Positions 1 to 13,300 of a stretch of 64,000 nt of DNA are shown here, piece by piece. This DNA comes from Hormiphora californensis. Lineage: Eukaryota; Animalia; Ctenophora. How positions within the stretch are numbered: position 1 is the first letter of the stretch; each line of letters opens with the position of its first letter. Below the pieces are notes generated by a model. The model saw nothing but the letters and a program-made list of their open reading frames with translations, was not told where the DNA came from and made no database searches. The stretch spans positions 2,232,001 through 2,296,000 of the forward strand of contig CM035362.1 of the NCBI GenBank assembly GCA_020137815.1. Reading direction: 5' to 3'. A program made the position numbers and the translations under genes.

Positions 1-321
1 GTTTCCCGTTGCATGCTAGGTCGTGTTAAAATTTCACCAGGCACGCCGTGCTCTATCCCTCTATCCCTCTATCCATCCCTCCCTATCTATCCCTCTATCT
101 ATCTTATCCTCCATACTTTTAGATCACTTGATGCTATTCAAGAGGAATGAGAGGACATATTTCTCTCTCTCCCTAGTTAAACACATGTCTCTCACTCCTG
201 CTGATGCGTTGCTTTGGCAAGAGAGCAGCATAGATCATCGAGAATAATATTTTATTTGTTGTTGGTCACGCATAGCAGAGGTTTAAAGTTTTATAACATT
301 GCCGCATCTAGCAATTATTTT

Positions 322-2873
322 ATGATACGAATCCTTCTCTTTACATCTCTATTGTGGAGGACTGCCATCTTCACAGGTTAGTCATGCTCAATTAATTGAT
401 TAGTTAATCAACTGTATAAAACAAGGTAAAATTTATAGCGCGCTGAGATGGGTCTGCAGCGCAATTAAACTCTAATTGCGTTGCAGACCCATCTGAGCGC
501 ACTGTCGCGTGCCCAATTTGAGAATTAAATCGGGGTCTGGCGCCGCCAGACAGATTTTTAGTGTGTTCTGACTTCTGACTACGCTCTTATGATTTCAATC
601 ACATCTCAGACTGGACAGCTGTAACGAGAGCTAAGCATATACCATGGGATCTAGAGGGAACACCCCTCCAGATAAAAACGGCCTCCACTACACTGGGCAG
701 TAATGACGTAATTCGGCTACATTTTTTTAAAACATCCGTTGATGGGACAAAAAATCAATTTGCCAGCAAGCTGATAGTGACGTTCAACTCGACTGCAGTA
801 ACCTACTCGTTAAGCGGCTGTGTGGACTCTCCCGTAGACCTGCCAGTACAGCCCCCAGATGGAGTTGAGAGTATCTGGGTGGTAGCCAAAACAGAGACCA
901 CCCTCATTGTCAAGTGTAATGGTGTAAAGGTGCTGAACTACCTGTTCGCAGATAGTTCAAATTCAGATGACCGCTGTGTTACTAAGCTGGGTGGTGATGT
1001 TGTGGAAACGATCACGTTTCACACCTCTGATACAATCTCTAAATTCTACAGAGCTGAACAAGGTATAGGCAGGGGTTATTCATCCTAGATATAAACTATA
1101 GGGGGGAAACAGTCGTACCTGAATCTCAGGTTCACGTCACGGCTATTTACACCTGGGACCTGAGATCTCAGGGCTCAGTACGTGACGGCTATTCCCTGAG
1201 ATTTCAGGGAAATTTTCAGGCAATAGCCAAGAATGATATATCAGGTCTTATATATCAGGTGTAAATTGCAGGCAAGACTGTTTCCCCATGATAGTAGTAT
1301 TATACATATTACAAAGTATACGTTTCCCAAATTAAACCTTGCTATCTACAACAACTAAAATATCCAATACCAGGATGGACAGCTGTAGAGCGAAATAAAG
1401 TCTACATACCCTGGGACCTGGAGGGAACTCCTCTCCAGATAAAGACGGACTCAGCACTGGGCAGTAATGAACTAATCAGGGTGGTTATGTACAAAACGAA
1501 AAGTACCTATACCGGTGTTCTTTCTGTGAATTTCCTCTCCCCGATGCAGTATTCTATAGGCAAGTGCACCACCAGCTTCACCGACCTTCCAGTACAACCC
1601 CCGGTGGAGGTGGAGAAGATCTGGACGATCAACAAAACACAGACCGCCCTCATCATCAGGTGTAATAATGTTGAGGTGCTGAACTACCTGTTCGCAGATA
1701 GTTCAGATAGCCGCTGTGTTACTGAGCATGGTGGAGATGTAGTGAGTGGGATCAAGTTTCATTCCGATGATGACACAGCATCTGACTTCTACAGAGCACC
1801 CGGTAAAGATAAAACTTATAATAACACATATTGGTCGGATTTTCAAATTGTATACCCCAGACCCCTAGTCATTTTGCAATAACCAAACCCTGCTGAAATA
1901 GATCATCCCTTTCAATAAATTTGCATTTTAATAAACCCTCCATTCAGTTGAGTGTCCCGCCTTTCCTGTTGAGGGATCAACACAAGGAAACTGGCCAGTC
2001 CGGACTGCCTCGACAACAGGGACAACGGTCTCCATCGAATGTACTGCCACTCATATCCTTGTGGGGAATGCGACATTGACTTGTCAGGATGATGGATCGT
2101 GGTCAAGTGAGGCACCACAGTGCGATAAAATCGGTAAGCTTTAAACTTCACTACTTTACCGACTACGAACGCTATAACGAGATTACCGACTTGATTCACA
2201 TGCCTTTTAATTTCCGAGAAATTGAAGAAAATTGTTTTTTCCCTAGTCGAGTGTCCTGCATTTACTGTTGAGGGATCAACACAAGGAAGCTGGACTGCCT
2301 CACCAACAGGGAAAACTGCCACGATCGAATGTGCTGCCACCCATATCCTTGTGGGAAGTGAAACATTGACTTGTCAGAAGAACGGATCATGGTCAAGTGA
2401 TATACCACAGTGTGACAAAATTAGTAAGTATAAAATTCACACTTCGATAGCTCAATTCACATGCCCTTTAATTTCCGAGAATTTGAAGAAATTTTTTTCC
2501 CTAGTCGAGTGTCCTGCATTTACTGTTGAGGGATCAACACAAAGAAACTGGACTGCCTCACCAACAAAGAAAACTGTCACGATCGAATGTACTGTCACCC
2601 ATATCCTTGTGGGAAGTGAAACATTGACTTGTCAGGATGATGGATCGTGGTCAAGTGAGGCACCACAGTGCGATGATATCGGTAAGCATATTTTAAACTT
2701 CACTACTTTACCGACTACGAACGATATAACGAGATTACCGACTTACGAATCACACGTGTGTACTGTGTACACACATTGCATTACACACGTCACACACATC
2801 ACACACGTCACACACACGTCACACACATCACGCATTCCATAACCAATAACAACAAAATAATCTAGATATCTAA
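322..2873 (+). CDS. Secreted protein, copy A: signal peptide + 2 uncharacterised ~145-aa domains + 3 Sushi/CCP domains (spliced)
   Basis: Phase-1 GT-AG exons: 322-376 (MIRILLFTSLLWRTAIFT), 610-1062 and 1374-1802 (both WTAV..IPWDLEGTPLQIKT...CN.V.VLNYLFADS...C), and 1948-2133, 2247-2423, 2505-2681 (ECP...IEC..THILVG...LTCQ..GSWSS..PQC, the Sushi consensus). The tiny last exon 2866-2873 is a guess. Confidence 0.8.
1100..1288. mobile_element. Dispersed MITE-like family with GGGAAACAGTC...GACTGTTTCCC ends
   Basis: Inverted termini; related copies or fragments at ~4496-4678, ~11005-11248, ~13070-13194 and ~15115-15154. Confidence 0.65.
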
Positions 2874-3752
2874 ACTACGGTAAAAAGGAGCTGAGGGGTC
2901 AGATGCCCTCTGTAGTCTGTTGCCTTGTAAAAAGGTTTGAACAAAACAAGTAGTCTGTACCGAATATCCACTTTTCTTTTCCACCCCTTTCCACTTTAGG
3001 TAAATGAAATGGAGCCACCTCAGAGATCTTTCAAAAAACACTTTTTGGGAATGGAATAACTGCAGATCATTTCTTGCAGATTCAACCGCAGAAGTCATAC
3101 CCGAATCACTCTCCACCCACTCCTAATAAGTTTAATTCCTTTACTAGTGCAGAAAAATTGAAATATAAAAATTACGATGATAACGTAACGGTATCATTTA
3201 ATAAGAGGAGCCTTCATTTAGTGGAACCTTAAAACCTTAAATTAACAAAGTTTTGACCACTTTCGTTAATTAAAGGTTCCGTTAAATTCCGGTAATAATT
3301 AGGTATTGCATGTTATAGTATGCACATGCCTCTCTCTATCCCTCTATCTGTCCCTATATCTATCCCTCTATCCATCTCTATCCCTCTATCCATCTCCATC
3401 CCTCCCTCTCTATCCCTCTATCCATCTCCATCCCTCCCTCTCTATCCCTCTATCCATCTCCATCCCTCCCTCTCTATCCCTCTATCCATCTCCATCCCTC
3501 CCTATCTATCCCTCTATCCATCTTATCCTCCATACTTTTAGATCACTTGATGCTATTCAAGACGATTGAGAGGACATATTTCTCTCTCTCTCTCTCCCTA
3601 GTTAAACACATGTCTCTCTCTCCTGCTGATGCGTTGCTTTGGCAAGAGAGCAGCATAGATCATCGAGAATAATATTTTATTTGTTGTTGGTCACGCATAG
3701 CAGAGGTTTAAAGCTTTAATATTGCCGCATCTAGCAATTATTTTATCTACTT

Positions 3753-6700
3753 ATGATACGAATCCTTCTCTTTACATTTCTATTGTGGAGGACTGCCATC
3801 TTCACAGGTTAGTCATGCTCAATTAATTAATTAATTAATCAATATTTGTAACATTTATAGCTGTCTAATTGTGCTGCAGACCCATCTGAGCGCACTGTCG
3901 CGTGCCCAATTTGAGAATCAAATCGGGGTCTGGCGTCTGACTACGCTCTTATGATTTCAATCACATCTCAGACTCACTCTATTCTCATTTTATTTCAATC
4001 ACATCTCAGACTGGACAGCTGTAACGAGAGCTAAGCATGTTCCATGGGATCTAGAGGGAACTCCCCTCCAGATAAAAACGGCCTCATCTACACTAGGCAG
4101 TAACGACGTAATTCGGCTGCATTTTTTTAAAACATCCGTTGATGGGATCAAAAATCAATTTGCCAGCAAGCTGATAGTGACGTTCAACTCGACTGCAGTA
4201 ACCTACTCGTTAGGCGGGTGTATCGACTCACCCACAGACCTGCCAGTACAGCCCCCAGATGGAGTGGAGAGTATCTGGGTGGTAGCCAAAACAGAGACCA
4301 CCCTCATTGTCAAGTGTAATGGTGTAAAGGTGCTGAACTACCTGTTCGCAGATAGTTCAGATGACCGCTGTGTTACTAAGCTGGGTGGTGATGTTGTGGA
4401 GACGATCTCCTTTCCCACCTCTGATACAATCTCTAAATTCTACAGAACAGCTGCACCAGGTAGGCAGGGGTTATTCATCCTAGATATAAACTATAGGGGG
4501 GAAACAGTCGTACCTAAATCTCAGGTTCAGGTCACGGCTATTTACACCTGGGACCTGAGATCTCAGTGCTCAGTGACGGCTATTCCCTGAGATTTCAGGG
4601 AAATTTTCAGGCAATAGCCAAGAATGATATATCAGGTCTTATATATCAGGTGTAAATTGCAGGCTAGACTGTTTCCCCATGATAGTAACGGGTGACAACT
4701 AAAAATTGTTACTAATTTAAAACAGCTGTAGAATTTTTCCCTTTTGAGATACAGCTTCGGGCCAGTGATAGAACGATTTTTCGGACAATTTTGAATCATG
4801 ATAACATAACGGCGATGACTAAAACGTTCATTCTCATAGCGATATCGGATCATTTCCTCTTGCCCCACCAAAGCATATAGTACGGAGATTTGAAATTTCT
4901 ATGTTATCAGAAACGACCTTCCCGATGAGATAGAATTCTCATAATTGGAAGTCTGGTTGTTCATGTCATAACCAACATAACTGCCAAGTTTGAAGATTTT
5001 GGCTGATTAGGAAGTTGGGTTTCCACGGTCATTAATGTTTCGAGAGATGTCGAAATGGCGATTTCTCAAATTACCTGTAAACTACGCTTTGTTACAGAAG
5101 ATTCTGATCAGGAATTGAGATTTATGAAGTTTGAAGCAAAGTTAATTTCGTTCAAAATTGTCTGAAAAATCATTCTATCACTGTCCCGAAGCTGTATTTC
5201 GACTAGAACAGGCGCTAGAGGTGCTAGAAAAACGTGTAGATTTCACGGACTATATACTTTGGTGGGGCAAGAGGAAATGATCCGATATCGCTATGAGAAT
5301 GAACGTTTTAGTCATCGCCGTTATGTTTTTCTGATTCAAAATTGTCTGAAAAATCGTTCTATCACTGGCCCGAAGCTGTATCTCAAAAGGGAAAAATTCT
5401 ACAGCTATTTTAAATTAGTAACAATTTTTAGTTGTCACCCGTTAGTATTATACATACATAGTATACGTTTCCCAAATTAAACCTTCCTATCTACAACAAC
5501 TAAAATATCCAATACCAGATTGGACAGCTGTAGAGCGAGATAATGTCTACATACCCTGGGACCTGGAGGGAACTCCCCTCCAGATAAAGACGGACTCAGC
5601 ACTGGGCAGTGATGAACTAATCAGGGTGGTTATGTACGAAACGGACAGCACCTATACTGGTAGTCTTTTTTTGAAGTTCTCGTTCCTCAACTTCCTCTCC
5701 ACAATGCAGTATTATATAGGCAAGTGCACCACCAGCTACATCGACCTTCCAGTACAACCCCCGGTGGAGGTGGAGAAGATTTGGACGATCAACAAAACAG
5801 AGACCGCTCTCATCATCAGGTGTAATAATGTTGAGGTGCTGAACTACCTGTTTGCAGATAGTTCAGATAGCCTCTGTGTTACTAACCATGGTGGAGATGT
5901 AGTGAGTGGGATCAAGTTTCATTCCGTTGAATCAACGGTTGATGACACAGCATCTGACTTCTACAGAGCACCCGGTAAAGATAAAACTTATAATATCACA
6001 TATTGGTTGGATTTTCAAATTGTATACCCCAGACCCCTAGTCATATTTACTAAGTACAGTTAGGGAGTAGTCAGGGCATATGATGCCAAAATAAATTAAA
6101 AATGGGCATAATTGTTATCAAGCTAATTTCACTTCTAGTAGGCTCTATGAGGTCCTTAGAAACACCAAAAAAATTGGCCGCGGTTTTATCAATGAGGAAG
6201 TTGGGTTTTTGGGCCACGCCCTTTTACCTATGTTTTTAGCCTTCTGGCGAAACCCAAAATGGGGCTTAGGAAAGGAGTAGAGACAAATCTAAGGACACTA
6301 AAATGTGTAGCGTCCTCGCATTAGTGGGGGTAGGTGCGGAAATTAAGTCTCTATCTCATCTGGTTAATTAGATAATTGGATAATTAGATATGCGCATAAC
6401 CGTATTTTGGCTAAATGGCTATAGCCACTTAGGAATGGGTTAGAGACTTTTCACTGGTGCTATTTTGTAGGCAATAGCCAAGTTATGGGGGGTTGACGTC
6501 GAACTTTTAAGCTCTATCTCCAACCGTTTGACCGCTATTTGGCATTAAAGATGCTCAAAATGAGCAAAAAACGGTAAAAAGCCCGATTTTGAGCATTTTT
6601 AAAGCCAAATAGCGGCCAAACGGTTGGAGATAGAGCTTAAAAGTTCGACGTGGACCCCCCATAACTTGGCTATTGCCTACAAAATGGCACCAGTGAAAGT

Positions 6701-9700
6701 CTCTAAACCATTCCTAAGTGGCTATAGCCATATAGCCAAAATACGGTTATGCGCATATCTATCTTGTCATCAATCTACTAAACTCGCTATAATGCAATGC
6801 TCCCTCAATTTATTTGTGGTTGAGCTCTCTTGTGGATCTGAGGACACGTACGACGTCTGATTTTGAGGAACAATGATCAAAATGGAATACAGATTACACA
6901 CTCCAAGAAAGGGAAATGGTTGACGTACTTTGAAACTGGGGAATCTAGAGGTCCAAGATACGAAGATGTGACGTGAAATGGAGCTACTAATTCTAACTAG
7001 GAACGTTTGACTGACTGTTTTTATGAAGGAGTCATACTTTATCCCAATTCATTCTCATTTTGATCTTTGTCTACTGATGATTGGTGCCTCCTCGTGGGGC
7101 ACCATGAAACATGTGTATAGACCTTAAAAACTGCTGTTGTTTTTAATTTGTATAATTATCCAATTATCTAATTAACCAGATGAGATAGAGACTTAATTTC
7201 TGCACCTACCCCCACTAATGCGAGGACGCTACACATTTTAGTGTCCTTAGATTTGTCTCTACTCCTTTCCTAAGCCCCGTTTTGGTTTTCGCCAGAGGGC
7301 TAAAAAAGCAATTAAGGCCAATTAGACCCAATTATACTCAATTAGGGCACTTTATCGACCTCAGACGGATTGGAAAAGTTGCTTACGTGATTCAACGTAT
7401 CGAAATTAGTCGGGTTAAGTGGTTTTCGCTATGATATGATCTGCAGGGCAAGCGAGTCTGGTAACTTGAAACACCGCGGAGGGCTATTTGAAACACTTTT
7501 CTCCAAATCCGCTGTCGGAAATTTTTGATGTTAATTTTGAGCATAGGGAGGATATGAATTATGAGTTTAGCCATTTCCGCCAAAAATTGGCCGAATTTGG
7601 GGCAAAAACTGTTTTCCTGGCTATTTGAAACACTTTTCGGAAACATTCACTGGACCAAGCACATGTAACAAAATTCAGATTTCAGACATGGAATAGCTCT
7701 GTACAACCCTTTTCTAACTATTCCATGTCGAAAATCTCGGTTTCGTGGACAAATTGAGGGAGATACGGCTGTTTCAAATTAGCAGACTGAGGCGGGCTAA
7801 TTGAAACACCAAATTTGGATAGATATCACGTGACCCTGACCCCGGAAGACAAAATGAGACATCTCAAACCACTTCAAAAACTACCCTGGGACTGTCTCGG
7901 TAACATAGGGTGAAAAAAATTTGGGTTCGACTTGATTTGTGGACACACAAAGGAAAAAAGTGAAAAACTGTTTCAAATAGCCAGTGGCTACCCTATTGGT
8001 TGGATTTTCAAATTGTATACCCCTAGTTATATTACTAAGTACTGCAGTTAGGGAGCGGATTACAGCTATAATCTGAGCCTTGGGTATGCTACCTAAGCGC
8101 CGAATATTATGGTTGAATTATGGTTGAATCAACTACCCAATTGGTGAAGCTGATTCATTGAATAGTTCAGATAGCCGTAATTCAACTATTCTGAATTGCA
8201 ATAACCAAACCCTGCTGAAATAGATCATCCCTTTCAATAAATTTGCATTTTAATTAACCCTCCATTCAGTTGAGTGTCCCGCCTTTCCTGTTGAGGAGTC
8301 AACACAAGGAAACTGGCCAGTCCGGACTGCCTCGACAACAGGGACAACGGTCTCCATCGAATGTACTGCCACTCATATCCTTGTGGGGAATGCAACATTG
8401 ACTTGTCAGGATGATGGATCATGGTCAAGTGAGGCACCACAGTGCGATAAAATCGGTAAGCTTTAAACTTCACTACTTTACCGACTACGAACGCTATAAC
8501 GAGATTACCGACTTGATTCACATGCCTTTTAATTTCCGATAATTTGAAGAAAATTTTTTTTCCCTAGTCGAGTGTCCTGCATTTACTGTTGAGGGATCAA
8601 CACAAGGAAGCTGGACTGCCTCACCAACAGGGAAAACTGCCACGATCGAATGTACTGCCACCCATATCCTTGTGGGAAGTCAAACATTGACTTGTCAGAA
8701 GAACGGATCATGGTCAAGTGATATACCACAGTGTGACAAAATTAGTAAGTATAAAATTCACACTTCGATAGCTCAATTCACATGCCTTTTAATTTCCGAG
8801 AATTTGAAGAAATTTTTTCCCCTAGTCGAGTGTCCTGCATTTACTGTTGAGGGATCAACACAAAGAAACTGGACTGCCTCACCAACAGGGAAAACTGCCA
8901 CGATCGAATGTGCTGTCACCCATATCCTTGTGGGGAATGCAACATTGACTTGTCAGGATGATGGATCGTGGTCAAGTGAGGCACCTCAGTGTGATAAAAT
9001 CGGTAAGCTTTAAACTTCACTACTTTACCGACTACGAACGCTATGACGAGATTACCGACTTGATTCACATGCCTTTTAATTTCCGAGAATTTGAAGAAAA
9101 ATGTTTTTCCCTAGTCGAGTGTCCTGCATTTACTGTTGAGGGATCAACACAAGGAAGCTGGACTGCCTCACCAACAGGGAAAAATGCCACGATCGAATGT
9201 GCTGCCACCCATATCCTTGTGGGAAGTGAAACATTGACTTGTCAGAAGAACGGATCATGGTCAAGTGATATACCACAGTGTGACAAAATTAGTAAGTATA
9301 AAATTCACACTTCGATAGCTCAATTCACATGCCTTTTAATTTCCGAGAATTTGAAGAAATTTTTTCCCCTAGTCGAGTGTCCTGCATTTACTGTTGAGGG
9401 ATCAACACAAAGAAACTGGACTGCCTCGACAACAGGGACAACGGTCTCCATCGAATGTACTGCCACTCATATCCTTGTGGGGAATGCAACATTGACTTGT
9501 CAGGATGATGGATCATGGTCAAGTGAGGCACCTCAGTGCAATGATATCGGTAAGCATATTTTAAACTTCACTACTTTACCGACTACGAACGATATAACGA
9601 GATTACCGACTTACGAATCACGTACACACACACATCACACACACACATCACACACATCACACATTCCATCACACATTCCATCACCAATAACAACAAAATA

Positions 9701-9714
9701 ATCTAGATATCTAA
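3753..9714 (+). CDS. Secreted protein, copy B: same architecture with 5 Sushi/CCP domains
   Basis: Exons 3753-3807, 4010-4459, 5519-5974; Sushi exons 8270-8455, 8568-8744, 8826-9002, 9115-9291, 9373-9549. Near-identical to copy A, introns included. Confidence 0.8.
4688..5442. mobile_element. Non-autonomous TIR transposon with TA target duplication (Tc1/mariner-type MITE)
   Basis: TA|acgggtgacaactaaaaattg...caatttttagttgtcacccgt|TA with ~200-bp imperfect TIRs; the paralogous site in copy A (~1295) is empty with a single TA. Confidence 0.9.
6068..7993. mobile_element. ~1.9-kb insertion with nested inverted repeats (foldback-like)
   Basis: Absent from copy A. Inverted pairs ~6235-6386/7152-7305 and ~6387-6562/6586-6761; flanked by an imperfect ~65-bp direct repeat of intron sequence (~6001-6067 and ~7994-8055). 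Confidence 0.7.
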
Positions 9715-10354
9715 ACTACGGATAAAAGGAGGGGTCAGATGCCCTCTGTACCGATTATCCACTTTCCTTTTCCACCCCTTTCCACTTTAGGGAAATGAAA
9801 TGGAGCCGCTTCAGAGATCTTTCAAAAAACACTTTTTGGGAATGGAATAACTTTGATTTTAGTTTCGGTCTATAGCCACAATAATAATAACAATAAGGGT
9901 GGATAAACTTTACCCAATTTAAGATAATTTTGTAATCAGTTCTGTTAATTTAGTTGAAAGTTGCTCTATACTACTAGTAGTACTAGCACATGGTCCACTA
10001 GAGAATACCAAATAAAATAGACACACAAACTAGAAGAACGTTCTAATAGAACATGGAACTTCTATGTTCTTAACTTGTTTATATAGAATTATAGCTATTC
10101 TATGTGAACAAATTGAGTTTTTGTAAAAAAGTTAAGTTTTTAGTCAAGGAAATACACACAGGATATACACTTCCGCGTCTTCCAAATCGCCAATGAGCGC
10201 TAATAATTAGGCACTATTAATATTAAGCCACTATACAACAGTAAACTGAACTAGCTAATAATTTGATACTAGTTTATTACATGTAACTAATATTTCATAC
10301 GCGTTATATCCGAAAGATTAAATATATTACGTGTCCCTATACTTCACTATTATA

Positions 10355-13300
10355 CTAACTACTATAACTTGTCCCAGCAGCTACTGCACTATGACTCTTC
10401 AACACCAAGGCAGCACTGATCCTTCTATTCCCTGCAACACCCGGTGAATTTGCAGCTGCTGGGGATCCCGTGATGAGAGGACTTGAGGATGCCTCCATGG
10501 GAGTACCGGCACTGAATGACCTAAAATGGGATTATATCAACTTTTCTTCCAAGAACTGACGGTGCGGCGTAGAAATTGTAGAACTGATCATTTTAAAATC
10601 CAGGCAAAGGTCAGACAGAGTATCATATTTATTATATGGCCATTATATATATTACCTAAGGAAGGGTACTGCTCCTGCAACAGATTGTCTTCCTCCCGCT
10701 CTGCTCACCCTCCTAGGATCTCCTCCCGTGACAACAGATATCCGCTGGCCCGTTATCGCTGCAGCTATCTGACCGCTATTTGCACTCATACTCTCCCTTC
10801 TGGTCCGGGCTTGTTTTCGGTCAATGAACCCACATGATAGCGTGTGTAGAATCTACATGGGGTGCGAGGTGGTGTTTGTGGGTAGGTGTGGGGGGTTGAA
10901 ATAGAAATTATAGTCACTATCATTTTACTATTTTACTATTTTACTATTTTCTCAACTAAACCAGGAACAAGATGATAGCTCATTAAACCGGATCTATGAA
11001 TAATAGCCCTGAGACCTCAGATCAGGGGCCGTGATCAGGAGTTTACTCTCCCGAACCCGACACCTATAATAATGAGAACCTGCCTGTGTAGTTCCTGATG
11101 GTGGGAGGGGAGGGGGGCTATTCTCCTAGTGCCGGCGATATCGCTTTGCGATAGTCCCCTGTGGGCTTGCCGTTGGCAAGCCCAGGCACTCCGTAGATAG
11201 ATAGGGGCCGTGACCTGAATCTGAGGTTCAGTCACGACTGATTTCCCCCAAAGGACAAACCTGGAAAAGGTTGAAGACTGCAAAACTGCTCAACTCGCTA
11301 CTCCGATAGATTAGGACACAGGGATTTATTGCAGCATTTAGGTAAACAACTGAAATGAGAAACGTTTTTGAGAGTTCCCATCAGGTTTCCTAGTGTGAAA
11401 CTGTGAAACGTTGTGTAACCTCGATCAACCATGACATGTTCATATTATACCTGTCTGGCGCCGCGACCCATCTGAGCAATTTGAGAATCAAATGGGGTAT
11501 GGCGCCGCCATACAGTATTATACCTGTGTAATGGGAAAAGAAGAAGAGAGCTAGAAAGAATGAGTTTCCTTTCACGTTTTCCACCTTCTTTATCGTAGTG
11601 TAAACCCACATCACCGCACCAAACACTGAAAAGTGAAAAAGTGATCTATTTATGTCGAAATGTAGATTTATGAGCTGGGCCCCGCTGTTAAAACAGTCGT
11701 GCCTGTCACGGCAATTTACCCTTGAGACCTGGGGTTTCGGCCTCAGAGCTAGAGGTAGATAGCAGTGACCATTGTGAGGTGATTGCAAAACATAAGGCTG
11801 AACTTGGTGACATGAACACCTGTCATGTGAGATGGACGTCGCACGCAACTGAGATCGATCCCACAGGAACCTGTTACTCACGAAGCGAGAATAGGTAGCA
11901 ATGGCAAAACATAGGGCTGAACTTGGTCAACCGAACCCTTTCAGAAGTATGAGCTACACAAGGTAACTTACCAGCAAATGTGATGTTGCAGATGAGGAAC
12001 ACCACACTGATAATAACAATGGTTCGTGTGGTCCGGGACATTGTGGCATCCCTAACTGCTGTCTGCTCCTGCACTGTACGGGCCTTGATGAACCCTTTAG
12101 ATCTCTACATAAAGGGAGGATAAAGTGTCAGTGTGATGAGAGAATTTAAAAGAAGTTACCTGCTCAACTTTTATATGGGGATCTCCCAAATGAGCCTCCC
12201 GCGATGACTTCTAGTTAACCCAACGATCCTGGACACTAAACAGAGACTAACTATTTCTATAACTAACATGTAAATCAGAGTTCTACTGTATTTCTATAAC
12301 TAACAGGTAAATCAGAGTTCTACTGTATTTCTATAACTAACAGGTAAATCAGAGTTCTACTGTATTTCTATAACTAACAGGTAAATCAGAGTTCTACTGT
12401 ATTTCTATATTCTATCACTAACCCGGATGGCCCACAATGTGAGGAAGAGTGCACACATGACAATGACAGTAGGTAGGACATAGGGAACCCCGTATACCAG
12501 ATCCGGAGGGAGAAGATTGGTTAGACACTGGTTCACTGTCGTACATCTCACCACTCTTCTGTGACCTGTATGAAAGAGGTGATTAAACAATTGTTTAATG
12601 ACCAGTTATAGGAACAAATCTGTCATTTCAGCGCAATTCTTGACCACTCTCCTGATCGCTCCGCTCGCAGGGAGAAACCTCAGGATTAGATATAAAAATT
12701 ATAAACAGGGAGGGTGGTTTATAATTCCCTAGCTCACCCAGTATAAAGTTTTCAATTCCAATATAGACCATGAATATGAACCAGATGACTGTGTAAACTG
12801 CAATTGATATCCAGACTGGCCGATATAGTATCCTGGAAATGAATTTGAGGTGGATTATACACCAAGAAAACCTAGTTTAATTTACTTTTCTCTGCCCCAG
12901 GAACCGACCGAATCAGGAAATACTGGTCCCTGATTAGCCGATAACCAGTCACGTGACCTAAATAACGAGTTCTGATTGGTTGTTTACTTGTTTCGGTCGG
13001 TTCCTGCTCTGTCCCATCATACTCCTACCCATCGGTTGCCCAGTGCCCAGCTCCTCCGTTGCAGAAGGAGGAAACAGTCGAACCTGAATCTCAGGTTCAG
13101 GTTACGGCTACTTACCCCTAAGACCTGAGACCTCAGAAGTAAATTATAAATACCCGTTACTTGAACCTGAGGTTCAGGGGCGACTGTTTTCCCTCGGTAC
13201 CTGTAGAATGGCCTCCAAACCGCGATTGCTCGAGTGACGGCGAGAGTTGCATTGAGAAAACAGCTAACCCGGGAGGTAACATTGAACATCAGTAGAACAG

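Larger units (their letters stand above)
50..9850. repeat. Recent tandem segmental duplication (~50-3060 vs ~3480-9850)
   Basis: Upstream, intronic and downstream sequence is shared; copy B has extra insertions and two extra Sushi exons. Confidence 0.9.

Noticed and set aside
4632-5480. Twin ORFs MVGQEEMIRY on opposite strands
   Set aside because: By-product of MITE terminal inverted repeats.
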